NCBI GenBank assembly: GCA_003971905.1
Contig: RSEE01000126.1
Coordinates: 1-64,000, forward strand
Length of the DNA stretch: 64,000 nucleotides
Direction of reading: 5' to 3'
From: Moniliella sp. 'wahieum'
Taxonomy: Eukaryota
Notes under the pieces: model-generated
What the model saw: the letters and a program-made list of their open reading frames with translations, nothing else
The model's database searches: none
Told to the model about the DNA's origin: nothing
Translations under genes and position numbers: made by a program
In this document: in pieces, positions 25,529 through 38,362 of the stretch
Numbering within the stretch: position 1 is the first letter of the stretch
Layout: every line of letters starts with the position of its first letter

Positions 25529-26527
25529 ATGAGCTCTTCTTCTGCTGCACTTCGTCCGGGCGAGTGGGTGCTGGTCACGGGCGCGAGTGGGTTTGTCGGC
25601 TCGCACGTGGTGGACCAAGCGCTGAAAGCGGGGCTGAACGTGCGTGCCTCCGTGCGCACAGAGGCGAAAGCCGATGCGTTGCGCAAGGGCTTTGCGCCGC
25701 TCGGGTCCGACCGGCTAGAGGTGGTGGTGGTACCGGACATGGCGGCCGAGGGGGCGTATGCGTCGGTAGTACAAGGCGTGCAGGGCGTGGCGCACATCGC
25801 GTCCAACCTGTCGCTTGGGACTGGGTGGGACGTGATCACGTCTCCGTCGCGGGGACGCAAAGTGTGTTGGACGCTAGCAAAGATGCCAAAACTGTACGTC
25901 GCGTAGTGGTCACGTCTAGTTCCGTTGCCATCGCCCCGCCGGACCTGGAAGTGTCGCACCACCTCACCCCGGCAACATGGAACGAAGCCGGGTTAGAGAA
26001 AGCCAAGACGCATCCCACTCCGTTCAGCATCTACACAGCGAGCAAGTACGAAGCGGAAAAAGCCGTGTGGGCATTCCACCGTGCCAACCCTCAAATCGGC
26101 GTGTCGACCGTCAACCCCAATTTGGTTCTGGGTGGTGAGTTGGCTGGCGCATCGACCAACAGTACCAATGGTGCGGTGCACCAATTGGCGCAGGGCGACG
26201 CGAGCTTGATCAGCATGTTTGGTGTGACGCAATTCTTCGTGAATGTGACCAACGTGGCGCAGCTGCACGTCGAGGCGCTCATCAACCCCGCCGTGAGCAA
26301 CGAACGGATCTTGGCGTACCACTCGGTCTATACGTTGCGCAGTCTGGTGCAGGCGGTGCTCAAGGCGGTGCCCGAAGCACCGCTGGCCGCCAGCTGGCAG
26401 TCCTTGCCCGACTTGGACGTCAAAGATCTCAACACGGTGGACAATTCCCGTTTTTCTGGCTTTGCTGGGTGACCGCGTGATCGGCCTGGACGAGACGGTG
26501 GCGCAAGCACTTGCGTCTCATCACTAG
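25529..26527 (+). CDS. NAD(P)-dependent aldehyde reductase (extended SDR), copy 3
   Basis: VLVTGASGFVGSHVVDQAL, RRVVVTSS, YTASKYEAEKAVW (YxxxK); TAG at 26525-26527; two 1-nt frameshifts. Confidence 0.92.
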
Positions 26528-27055
26528 TTCCCTCGCTTGGTTCCTTGCCGTCTCACAACTATTACACCGCTTTGTTAACCTCCCCTCACAAGCCCATCTT
26601 AAGGGGGGGAACGTCTCCCACTGTTATACATGTTACCGTTCTCAGACCTCACCTCGATCCTGTCCCTCTGTGCCGCGCCTGACTGGCACACTGTGGGAAC
26701 CTCACAGTTGTGATATGATTTCGTTGGACAATCCGACGGTATGATGGTTGCCACGGTTATACTACTCAGTTTTCTATAGAAGCAGAGGCATAGGAAGCAC
26801 GGGAAGAACAGCCAAAGAGGCACCCGTTGCACGAAGAGGCAACGTGGTGCCACTGCTCGATTGGAGCAATATTGAGCAACCACATTGACAGTGTCCGTAT
26901 GTATTGCGTTCACACGATGAGTCGTCAAAAACAGTTGTAGACTGAGCGTGTACACCACGATTGTCTGCATCAATCATCACTGATGAGTATAGTACAAGTA
27001 TACCATGAACGTCGCGGGCACCAGAAGCTCGGCCAAACCGTTGCAAAAAAAGATG

Positions 27056-27143
27056 TTCCCCGACCGGGAGTCGAACCCGGGTCTTGACGGATCTTTGCTG
27101 GGGCAGTGAGAGCGTCACATCATAGCCGTTGGACCATCGAGGA
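27056..27143 (-). tRNA. tRNA-Glu(CUC) with 16-nt intron
   Basis: Minus strand: tcctcga..tgacg-ct-CTC-a[ctgccccagcaaagat]c-cgtca..ccgggttcgactcccgg-tcgggga; T-run terminator downstream. Confidence 0.93.
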
Positions 27144-27347
27144 GTGATGCATGATTCGCATTACTTGTTCAGCCTATGTGAAGAGTGCTGGGTCATCTGC
27201 AAACGTCAGACGTCACGCGTCAGATCCCAACCATCGTTTGGTCTGCCCAATCCGCGCGTAGGACGCTACCGCCTACAGGAGGCACGCAGCCTAGCCAACC
27301 GCCGTCCTGCGCTGCCCTTCCCTGCACCTCCTCCCCCTCTTCCGCAC

Positions 27348-28428
27348 ATGGTTCGTCCCCCCTCCTGCCCCCCCCCCTGGCGGCTAGTACTGACCGCTGG
27401 CGCCGTTGGCTTTGCTAGCAGTCCGCCCGCGCACCGTCTGCGCCCGCGAGTGGGACAAGGCGCTGAACCGGGACGTGCGTGTGAGCCGGAACGACGTCAA
27501 CCGGCTGGTGATGGACTACCTTGTAGTTGAAGGCTACCAATCGGCAGCCGAAGCGTTTGCGAGGGAGACGGGCCAGCATCCCGGTGTAGACCTGGGTCAG
27601 TATCGAGCCGAATGCGGATCCGCACGGCCGTGCAGCGGGCGATATGGCAGTGCTCTGGACCAAGTGAACGAGCTAGATCCTACGGTGCTAGATTGTGATC
27701 CGGCGCTCCTGTTCCGTGTGCAGCAAAACATTTGATTGAGCTGATTCGGGAGGGAGATCCCCTGGCTGCCATGACGTTTGCCCGTGCGAGTTGGCCGGTG
27801 TGTGCGAGGAGAACCCGGTCCTGCTACCGCTGTTGGAACAGACTATGGCGCTGCTGGTATTTGACCTGACACCAACACCAGCATCTGCCTCGGACGGTAG
27901 GCAGACTGCGCTCCACGTCCACGTCCCACCCCACCTGCCGAAGTGGCGCAGCTACTTACGCCTGCCCACCGGCTCCAAACGGCCGACGAACTGAATGCGG
28001 CCATCTTAGCTTCCCAAAGCCAGACGCGCAACCCGAAACTGGTGCAACTACTGCGCATGATGCTGTTTGGTGAGCAGGTGCTGGGTCCCACAGGTCCTGG
28101 GCACACCGACTTCCCCCACCTGGACACGAGCTTAGTCTTGGACCCTACGCCTACGCCAGCCGGACCGTCCGACCCGGAGGCAGATGCACGCGGCCGGGAG
28201 GACGTGTCGGGAGGCACAGATGACGGTACCGCTAGTCCACTGGTGTCGGGCCGGCCTGGGCAGGACCCGTGGCAAGCGTCCGCCCTGTCTGGCACTACGC
28301 ACACCGTGCTGGATGGCAGTGCCCCCGGCCTGATCTGGGCTCCGAGACCATGGTTCTCTGACAGAATACGACACGACAGCGCGGGCGAGGTACAAGAGAT
28401 ACAGAGACTTTACTTTGTTGTATATTGA
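27348..28428 (+). CDS. GID8: GID8/Twa1-like LisH-CTLH-CRA protein (ends approximate)
   Basis: LisH VSRNDVNRLVMDYLVVEGYQSAAEAFARETG; ALDQVNELDPTVLD..LLFRVQQ..LIELIREG; LEQTMALLVF; HRLQTADELNAAILASQ..PKLVQLLRMMLFGE; several frameshifts. Confidence 0.82.
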
Positions 28429-28717
28429 GTTTGGAGCCAAAAAGCGAAAAAGCGAAAAAGCGAACAAGCGATCTACGATTCGAGGATACGAGGATATTGA
28501 CCTGACCGTGGGAAAGAAGCAAAGGCCCGCAAGGATGGCGGAAGGACGACGGCTGGGTTCCTCTCGCCCGCCCACATGCATGCAGGCGTAGCCCCAGGAT
28601 GATGGCTGGCCCTAACACACCACGCTGGGGGGGGTCAGGAGAGGGCTATGGGCAAACAGAGCCAAAAATAGCTTGTCAGAGACGCAGAGAAAAAGCAAGA
28701 GCAACCGTGTGCACACG

Positions 28718-28813
28718 GGCGAGATAGCGAAGTGGTTAACGCGCTGTGTTCAGGTCGAGGTGTAGTCTGTACCGCAGTCCTCCGGGGCGTGGGTTCGAAT
28801 CCCACTCTCGTCA
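28718..28813 (+). tRNA. tRNA-Leu(CAG) with 17-nt intron
   Basis: ggcgaga..ctgtg-tt-CAG-g[tcgaggtgtagtctgta]c-cgcag, long variable arm, gtgggttcgaatcccac, tctcgtc-A73. Confidence 0.92.
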
Positions 28814-29923
28814 GTCTTTGCTCTGTTTTGCTAGCTCTCCCCTTAACCTAGCATTCTAGACCTTGTGCCATTCTTCTGTGTGCGTCTTGCTGCTCCCCTG
28901 CTCTCGATCAGCCACCGCACCACTGGAAAATGCCAGTGGCAAGGTGATTGATCAGGGCGCAGTACCAACAAGGCAGGATATTTTAGCGAACAGCCCGTTC
29001 CACTGGGAGCTCTTCTGCACAAGAAGCGTGTGAGAGGCGTGTTCGAGGTCAAAGGCACTGATGCAGTCCGCGTCTCTTGGTCTACTTACCCGTTCTTGCG
29101 CTTTTGCACACTCCAAAGTCGCGCATGTGTACCAGCTCGGTGCAGAGTGGGCTGTACACCTACTTTCTCGCCGCGGGAGGTGGAGTAGAGTAACCTGTGT
29201 CACATGTATATCCGAACATCCTCCGATCCAAAAAGAGCCCAAAGTAGGACTCCGGTATGTCGGTGCCGCGTCGGGGGCATGAAGCGGCATCGTGTGTGAC
29301 CGACATTTCAGTTGGAATAGGCCCCCCGGGGGGGAATATACAATTCGTACCGTTTAGCATGTCGTTTAAACATAATTAACGAGCCCCCCCACCTCAGGCC
29401 TTACCTGCATTAGTCCTAGTGGGCAGGGGAGTCCCTGAAGCACTCTACGATCTCTGGCATGGACAACTTTTCTCGTAATTAACATGTAGTCTCGCGTTGC
29501 ATCTTAAGTTCTTGCGCGATCTGCGGGCCAAACCAGTTATTGGTGGGCGCAGGGACTTCAGCTTCTTGTTCGCACGGCTCACGCCTTTTTGTCGCTTGAG
29601 GAAGCTACCTCTCAACCGCTTCCCGGCATCGTCTCCCTCCCTCCCCCCCCGGCTCGTGCGGCCACCAGGCTATCTCAGTACATTGAGCCAGGGTCAAACG
29701 TCCGCAGCCAGGCCTTAGTACTGACAAAAGGCGAAAAAGCGCCCCTGCAAGGAAAGTATGCATCCCCCAACCTATCCTTGACGTGGCCTAGGATACCTGC
29801 AAGCTACCATATGGATCGGCTCATCACATCGTGCTTCTCATTCCTTCTCTTCTTCCCGCTCCAAACCAAGGGGACGGGGGGGGGGGGACCATACCCCAGC
29901 CCCCTGCCCGAGAGGAAGATGGC

Positions 29924-31270
29924 TTAGGTATTAGGCCGGCGATCGAAACGGCGGTTGATGCCGCCCAGGAGGGCTTTAACGATCAAGTCGTACGACAAGG
30001 CCATGCCGCTAGCTGGGTGGTATCCACAATATCGCGTACGTGGCCTTGGGAGCTTAAACGTTCGTCGAGCGTCTGGAGGAATCGTGTGGCATCGGGGTCG
30101 TCGCCCACTTGGACAAAGGAAAAGCCCAATTGGGATAGGGGAAGTGATTCTGATCGAGACGACGAGCAATGGTAAGCAAGACTTGGTCCACGTCGTCCGT
30201 AGCTGCTCCGTCAGTGAGGATGAGGTAATTGCGTTTACGAGGCTCGACAGGTCCGCGGGGACCTACACCAATAGGTTGAACAGGTTGGCCGGTCGCACGA
30301 GCATGTTTGGCGCACTCGATGGCGTCAAGGTAGTCCTCATGAGTTCTTCGATCTTTGCCCCGGTCGGAGTCGCGCCATCGGGCACAACACTATCGAACAA
30401 AGCGCGGATAGCACCAGGATCAGTGCAGGCAAGCAAGCTGCGTGGGGAATTGAGGAAATGAACATCGATCCCATCGGGATCTTTACAAGCGACCAAGCTA
30501 GCCAAGCCAGCCAATGCTTCGCGCGCTTCGTGCCACCGACTAGGCCCGCCCGATGACCGACTCAGTTGCATAGAACCACTGTCGTCCACAATGATGACCG
30601 TGTCAAACGCTTTAAGTAGGTCCAATGGGTCCTCTGCCAAAGGCGCTGGCCCAGAACCCGAAGACATAGCTGGTGGTCTCACCGCCTCATTCGTCCCATC
30701 TGTCCCACTTGTCCCACTTGACATTCGCCCCGAACCTAACGCGCCCAACGCAGCTGCTCCCACCGCTACCCCGGCCATGACTGGTGCGTACCCCGCCCGC
30801 TCACCGCCGGGTTGGCCGGGGGATAGCCACCACTGGTTGGGCCTGCGGGGGGTACCCGCCATTGCTCCCGTTCGGGGAGGGTACCCGCCATTGCTCCCGT
30901 TCGGGGAGGGTAGCCGCCACTGCTCTGGTTGGGGGGAGGATAGCCTCCACTGCTCTGGTTGGGGGGAGGATAGCCGCCGCTGCTCTGGTTGGGGGAGGAT
31001 AACCTCCAGTTTGGTTCGGCGGAGGATAGCCTCCACTGCTCTGGTTCGGGGGAGGGTACGCTCCACTTTGACTCGGGGGGGATAGCCGCCACTACTTTGA
31101 CTCGGAGGAGGATAGCCTCCACTTTGGTTTGGCGGAGGGTAGGCGCCATAGACTTGGTTGGATGGCGGGTAGGCAGGGTAGCCAGGCGTGGCGTTGGCGT
31201 AGGGCGCGGGGGGCTGGCTGGCGGGCGGGGCGCCGGTGGGGTTCGCGTACGCGTACGGTTCGAAGGCCAT
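29924..31270 (-). CDS. Fungal VWA-domain protein with N-terminal Pro/Gly/Tyr repeats
   Basis: FDTVIIVDDSGSM (MIDAS DxSxS), RWHEAREAL, DPDGIDVHFLN, TPTG, NYLILTDG, FVQVGDD, RDIVDT, KALLGGINRRFD; several frameshifts. Confidence 0.85.
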
Positions 31271-32252
31271 GGCGGAGGTGCTGGGGTGCGGGCTGGCGCT
31301 GAGGAGGTAAGTCCGAAGTGCGGGTCCTGCTCGGGGCCAAGCAGGTGGTGGGGAGCGAGCTGGCCGGGCGGGACACTGGACCCGGCCACACCTTACTATT
31401 ACGCACCCACAGCTGCGCAGCGTCGATCTTAATCTTTCAGATTTCGGATTTCAGATTTCAGTCCGCCCGCACTCTCCCGAGCTACGCGGGCGGGTCGTCG
31501 CTAAATACCTGACCCATCCGACTGCGAATGCGAGCGGAGGACTTGGTCCTTAGTACTTGATGGTGGTGAGGCTCACCGGCTCACCCCTCTGCCTGAGGAC
31601 AGACTCTGGGGGGATGGACCAAGGGGCACCCGTGTCGTAACCTCTTCGCATGTGTGCTACGGCTCTACTACGGCTCTATGGCGCGAGAGTGCCCACCAGA
31701 ACCACAGTCGATCAGGTGAGGGGTGGCGCAGTGGCGAGGGCAAGCAGAGGGCGTGGACCACGGTGCCTAGGTCCAGTGCAGTCCAGGCCGGTGGAGTGGC
31801 ATCGTTCGCCCGTGGCTCGACCTAGACCCAAATGCGCATTGCCTACGCCCCGAGACCGAGGCAGGAACGGGAGGCTGACGTCCAACGTCCACCTCGCCAA
31901 GTGAGGGCGTTGGCACAGCTACCGCCTAGTGGGTACTATGGGGTTCCCTGTGCCAAGCCAGTCGGGTGTCAGGGATGCGCGGAGCGCGAAATGCAAGGAC
32001 GTGTCACGTTCAATCACAGAACGAGAGGGGGGGGGGGGGGGGACAGGGCAGAATGAAAGGAAAGGAAAGGAAATTATTATGTCGATCATGGATCATGAAT
32101 AAGGGAGACCCGCGATCTGGGGTTGGATCCGACGCACGGACCAAACCGAGCCGGCGGGCCTGCCCGTGGCGCGTGCGGGACCGAGGGGGAGGGGGAAAAG
32201 GGGGAGGTACATGCGAGAAAGAGAGGAAGGTGGACCTCGACGAGAAGCGAAA

Positions 32253-33089
32253 TCAACGGCGGGAGCTAGAGCCAGGTTTCTGGTTCTGGTTCTTACTCTG
32301 GGCGAACTTTTTCTTGTCCCTGGAAGCCGCAGCGTCCGCAGCCACATCAAAGGGGAGGAGATCAAGATCAAAGTGTTTAGCAAACAAAGATGCCAAACTT
32401 TGATACCGTTCTTGGGGGTTCTTGGGGGTCTTACCAATGTTGCCCGCCTGCCTCGCCGCCTCGGCCTCGGCTTTCGTGGTCTTACTACCACTGGCCGAAG
32501 ATGGCCCGGCTTTGGCATTGCCTTTGGCGTTGGCGTTGGTGTTAGACTTGGCGTTCGCGTTGGCGTTGGACTTGGCTTTGGCGTTGGTCTTGGCTTGGGC
32601 TTGGGTCGCTTGCGCGGACGCATTCGCAGTACTGCATTTTGCCTTTGCGGCCGTCCCAGTGCCCATCGTTTGGCTAAACTGCTTGGTCATCGCATCGACA
32701 TCAGGAGCCGGCGCCGACGCCGGCTTCGGCTACGGCTTCGGCACCGGAGCAGGAGCAGGAGCAGGCGTCGGTGCCGAAGTGGGGGTATCTACACGGCTTT
32801 TGGAAGAAATTTCAAGCGCCTTGGTGCGCACAGCGTGGGGGGAAGCCTGTTGACCAAAGAGGTTGAAACTTGGCGCGGTACGCAGGTGGGAGAGGGCCTA
32901 GGAGGTCGATGTGGCGCTGAGCAGTGGCAGGAGTAACGAGGGGAGCTTGTATGCGCGTAGCTCGGGGAGGGACACGTGGTGCAGACACCGAGGGCATATG
33001 CACAGGCTGGAAGATTCGGGTGCATGTTCAGTGGCGATACGCTCGGTGCGCACTACGGCCCAGTTGGTCTCGCGTGGAAAGGCGACCAT
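32253..33089 (-). CDS. Hypothetical protein with Ala/Lys/Asn-rich C-terminal half
   Basis: ccATGg start after a pyrimidine-rich leader; overlapping ORFs ending ..HFDLDLLPFD..KKKFAQSKNQNQKPGSSSRR. Confidence 0.4.
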
Positions 33090-34187
33090 GGTGGAGATGG
33101 CGAGGGGACGGTGAGGGTGGTGAGGTGGCGGTGGGGCGGGCGACGAGGCGGGCTGGGCGTGACACGTGACGCGTAACGTGGGTGGGTGGGTGGACGAGGT
33201 AGGGTTGGAAGGTAGGGTTGGATGGAGAGGACAATAGAGGGGGGGGTTCTTGGGCTGGCAGGCTGCTTTGAAATGGGCAAGCGGGTGAGCTGCGCAATTT
33301 GAAATGTGCAATGGCAACGTTAAACGTTGAGCTGCCGATTGAAACCGGGAACGTCAAGCTCAACCTTCAAGTTGAAGGTAAGGATGTGAGATGTGGGAGG
33401 CGAGTGGGATGGGGCGGGTTGGGCGGTGGGCGGGACGCACTTGCTGGAGCGCGCGCACCGACGCGCCCATCGGTCGTGCCAGCAAGACACAGGACAGGCA
33501 GGATGGAATAGGGATGGAATAGGGATGGAATAGGGATGGGCGCTGAAAGCGCTACCACCAAAGCGCAGGCCGCGGCTGGGCAGCCGAAAAAGCTACCCGA
33601 TCCGACCGGCCGTGGCGCGTGGGGGGGCTTGCGATCCCCAATCGAGATCCTCAGCCGAGTGGGATGGTGGGCAACCAGCAATCGTTAATCGACCAAGATC
33701 ACCAAGTACCAAGTACTAAGTACTAACACCTACTCCGGCCTAGCCGCCTAAAACGCTAAACGCTAAACGCTAAACAGTAAACCCTGGCCGCCCCCCCCCC
33801 GACGGGCCAATGCAAACCTTAAGCGCAAGAGCGGCGCCGGCGGGGGAGGACGCCGGCGGCTTGGCGGCGCGGCGCGCGGGCCAACAACCACACTGCCCCC
33901 CCGCTGCGCCGTTGCTGCGTCGGAAGCTGCGGAGCTGCCCAGCGCGTGTTGGTTGTCCCGCCTCCGTCACTGGCCGTGCGGCGCACGTGATCCCGCGCGG
34001 CACGCGTTGGGCTGCGCACCGCAGAACATGCCAGCTTACACTTTTCCTGGCCTGCTTCTGTGCTCTTGTCCCTGTCGCTGTCGTCTGTCGTCTGTCGTTG
34101 CCATCGCCGTCTCCGTCATCGCCGTCGTCCTCGCCCTCCCTCGTCCTTGGCCTCTCCTCTCCACCGCCCACCTACCCTGCCCTGTCC

Positions 34188-35525
34188 ATGGCCAACACGG
34201 CCTGCCCCCTCCGCCAGCGCCACGGGCGAACTACCCCGTATCGACGTGCGACCAGCCCAACTGCACCAAGGCGTATGCCGGCCGAACGCCGTGAGCAACC
34301 TCAAGCGGCACAAGGCCAACGTGCACCACATCCCGCTCTCCCCAGCCGCGGCACACGCGATGGGACCGTAACCCCAACCGTCCCAAGGACGAGCAGGAGC
34401 GTCGACAGCGCATGCTCGAAGCTAAGCGCAAGTACGCTCGTAAAGCGCGTGCGCGTCAAAAAGCAGCCCAACAGGCCGCACTGGCCCTTGCCCTTCCCCC
34501 GCCGCTGCCCCTCCCGCTCCCGCTGGACCTTCCCACTCCCACCTGTCTCCGCCTGCCAGCTGCACTGCCTCGCCCTCCGTGCCCCTGTCTCTGTCTGCCT
34601 CTGCCCTTTTCCTGTGCGCAGGCGCCCAGCCTACCCCAGTCCGCCGTGCGCGGCACAGCAGGCAACCTTCTGTTCTACACGCCCCCCGTTGCGTCGGTGG
34701 CCTTACCGTCTCCAGTGCCTTTGCCATGCGCGCACTGAGCGTGCCCTGCCCCCCGTTGCTCTGCCCCCACCTCTCCGCCCCCCGCGCTGGTGGAGTAGTG
34801 GCGCGAGCCCACGTCCCAAACGAGTAACACCCTGGGCTTGGTATCCGCTTCCCTCCCAGCTTCCCTCCTGCTTCGGTACCTGCTTCCGCGTCTGGTTGCG
34901 TGCCGTACCCCGCACCATTTCAGCCACACGAACGGGCTCCTCTGTGGCACATCAAGTTTCTACTACTGCGTGAGCGCGGGGGAGGATCTAGAGGATCTAT
35001 TACCTGTCCCGCGCCGGCGCAGCTAGACCATAGCTGGCTACTTGCTACTTGCCCGGCCCCGCCTCGCCCGATCCTGGCCCACTGCCCATGTCCGATCCCA
35101 TGTCCCTGTCCGTCCCCGTGTCCGTGTCCGTGTCCGTGTCCGTGGAGCGTTCCGCCACCCGTACGTCTCACACGGAAACGCCCACCCCCGCACCTACGCC
35201 TGCACCTGTCCTTGCGCCCACACACGTGCGCCCAGGTCACGCTGCAGCTACCGGCACAACCACAGCCACAGGCACAGAGACAAGCACCGAGCCGGTCGGA
35301 GGTGGAAGTGGAAGTGGGAGTGGGAGTGGGAGTGGGAGTGGGAGCAGACGTACGGCTACGGGGGGCAGTAACAGAAGTCATTCTACTGGCTATCGCCACT
35401 TGGTTTCACCGCATTCGGCGTTCCGTTTTGGAGGTGCGGGCGAGGGTGACTGGCCCGCGTTCCAGGTTGGCTGTCTGAGCAGGCAGCAAGGGCTGACGAT
35501 TCGTGCGCTGACGAGAGTGCGGTGA
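34188..35525 (+). CDS. C2H2 zinc-finger protein with low-complexity tail (boundaries uncertain)
   Basis: C-DQPN-C-TKAYAG/(1-nt shift)NAVSNLKR-H-KANV-H at about 34248-34326, then basic helix MLEAKRKYARKARARQK. Confidence 0.55.
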
Positions 35526-36618
35526 GTAGGTGGTGGTGTGAGCGGGCAAGGGGACAAGTGGGGACAAGTGGGACAAGTGGGATGGGGTGTACGAGTTGGA
35601 CGAGTACAGGCAGCGACGAGACATGCGAAACGTCGTACTAGTACTTGCCACACCTACACTAGGACCAACACCTTCGCTCAAACGTTTTCGCGCTAGAGTG
35701 TGGTGCGGCAGAGGGTGCGTTGGGCCTGCCCTCTTGCTCCCCACAGGTCGCATGAACACCGTGAGCTGCGTCCCATGTCCATGCCAATGTCCATGCCCAT
35801 GCCATGCCCATGCCCTTACACCCACACCATGGCTCCCATGGCCCCCATGGCCTCGCTCACGCACGGTTCACACAAGCGCGCCCCAGGGCAGCACGGCAGT
35901 CCACGCAGGACCCGCAGGGACCACAGACACGCAGGGGAGACAGAGCACTTCGGTGCCCGTGTGGTGGAAATTGAAGACTGGGCGGTGTGGCGCGGGGGAC
36001 GTGGACCCTGCTTCTGCTTCTACGCCTGCTTCTGAGCTGCTCTGCTTCTGTGCCTGCTGCTGCGCCTGCTCCTGCGTGCCTGCGGCGTGGAGTGCGTGGC
36101 GATCAGCGGACGATGCGGGACCTAAGTTCGGACAACCTGTGGGGTTGGGCCTGGGCTTGGGGCTTGGGTTGGGGCTTGGGTTGGGGTTAGGGTGGGATGT
36201 GGAGGGGAGAAGGTGCGCCTGTCGGGGTCGAGTTGGGGGATGGGGGGAGTGTAACAGAAAGAGCGAAGAGGGGGGTAGTAGGGTGTTCCCCCGTGGTCTG
36301 GTAAGCTCTTGACTCCTACTCCTACTCCTGCCGCTTCCAACTTCTACGTCCACTTCTACGTCCACGTCCACGTCGACCTACGCCTGCGGGTGACCCGCAC
36401 GCGCACGTCTCGCTCCCACCTGACCCCTTCCGTGGTTCAGCGCCGTGCACAGTCGCCCTGTCGGCTTTATTGTGCCCATGCCGTGCCGTGGCCGTGCGAC
36501 CGTGCAGGCCACAGAGTCGATTATTGTTTCGGGCCGTTATATCTGCATCAGTAATCTTATTGGGGAGGGAGCGGAAATAAGAGTCACTATGCGGGTGGAG
36601 AGAAGACGCTGCCCATCA

Positions 36619-36661
<43 letters not shown>

Positions 36662-38362
36662 TCCCACTTGTCTTGTCTTGTCTTGTCTTGTCTTGTCTTT
36701 GTCTTCCCCACCTTGCCCACCTTGCCCACCTTGCCCGTTCCCCTCCCCGGTACCCCTTTTTGATTCCCTTTTGGTTCCCTTTGGACCTCCATGGCTTCAT
36801 GGCCGCGTGGGCGTCCTTCTTTCTCGTGTCTCGTGTCTCGGCCTTCAACCCTCGGTTCTGGGCTGTTGGTGGTCTCGTCCCGCCGCACCTGTCTCCTGGT
36901 GGGTGTTCGCTTAGGAGACGGGCGTGGGATACTGCCCTGCCCTGGCCTGGGGTGGGGTTACGGTGGAGGTCTCCTACTATGCCCACGGACCATTACTCAT
37001 TCCTCCTTGGCTAAGTACGTCGTCAACGGTCACAAAAAACCCCCAAGACCTCTTCCCGACCCTTTTTCCCGCCCTGCAAGCCTCTGGCCCACACACGCCT
37101 CGGCGCACCACAGTCTCCATTCAGTCTCCCCGTATTCAGGATTCAGGATTCATCTCTCCCTGCTTGGTGCCTACCATCCCCCCCCCCCCCAAGGGAATTT
37201 TTTATCTCTCTCCTTCTCGTATTTATGATGGGTCTTGGCGGGTGGTGTGGGGTTGGGTGTGATCTCTGAGAAGATCTTTCTCGGTCCTTCTCTCACCCAC
37301 GCTGTGGTGTTCCTATCCCTCTCGCGTGGATTCCTTCTCCCTTATTCTTCCGTTTTCCTTCTCCCTTCTTGCTTCGTGACTCCTATTTACACTTGGCCCG
37401 GTCCTGATCCTGTTCCTCAGGTTCCTGTTCCTTCTTGGCTCGTCGGCCTTCTTTCTCGTTTGGGCTCTTGTGGCATTTTTTCCCCCTCTCCCTCTCTCTC
37501 TCCTTCTCCCTCTCGGCCTCGGCCTCCATACATGTCCGTCTCTCTCTCTCTCTCTTTTACCTTTTCTCCCCGTGCCACTCGACCTTGTGCTCCGGTCTCC
37601 ACCCGTGTTACCTGTTACCCCACCCAAAACCTACCCTTCTTATCGAACTTCCACTTCAATCTTCCCGTTGGATATAAACTACTACTACTACTACAGCCAG
37701 GCCATGCGCATTCCCTCGTCAGACAGATTGGGGGGGGGGGGGGGGGACAACGCTAAACCTCATCCCCGAAAACCAAACAATACAATCTGAACAGAGCATA
37801 AAAGAGGGGGGTATATCCATACAATATATCCATCGGACCCAGGCACGACAGCACAGACCTAAACCTAAACAAACAAAGTACAAGCCCACAAGCCCACAGC
37901 CACGCACGCACAGCAAGGGGCAAAGCGAAGCGCGAGCGGCCAGATAGTGGAGCGCTCAGCGCAGCACATACACGGCAGAGGAGAGTGGGTGAGGCGAGAC
38001 GAGGCAGGGGGGGGAGAAGCCCAAGGCTATTCGCCCAAGGCTATTCGCCCAAGGCTATTCGCCCAAGGCTGTACGCCCAAGGCCGAATACGGCCGCAGAC
38101 GTACGTCCCAACACGGGGGACGTACGAGCCGTACGGCCCACGACGCAAGGGGTGAGAAGGGATAAGCTGTGGTGGTGGTGGGACGGGTGGGGTGAGCGGT
38201 GGAGTGGTGGCACGGTTGAGTGGTAGAGTGGTAGAGCGGTAACACGCATGAGTGGTGGAGTGGTGGAATGGTAGACTGGTGAAGCGTGGAATGGCAGAGG
38301 CAGAGTGGTGGCGTGTGTGCAATGGGGAAAATAGTGCAGGGAGAGGTAGACGAACGAGTGCG

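Noticed and set aside
14316..26527. Metabolic gene cluster linking the SDRs to thiamine synthesis
   Set aside because: No other thiamine or biosynthetic backbone genes nearby; neighbours are unrelated housekeeping genes.
28718..28813. CAG-anticodon tRNA as a sign of CUG codon reassignment
   Set aside because: U33 and discriminator A73 are leucine-type; it lacks the G33/G73 features of tRNA-Ser(CAG).
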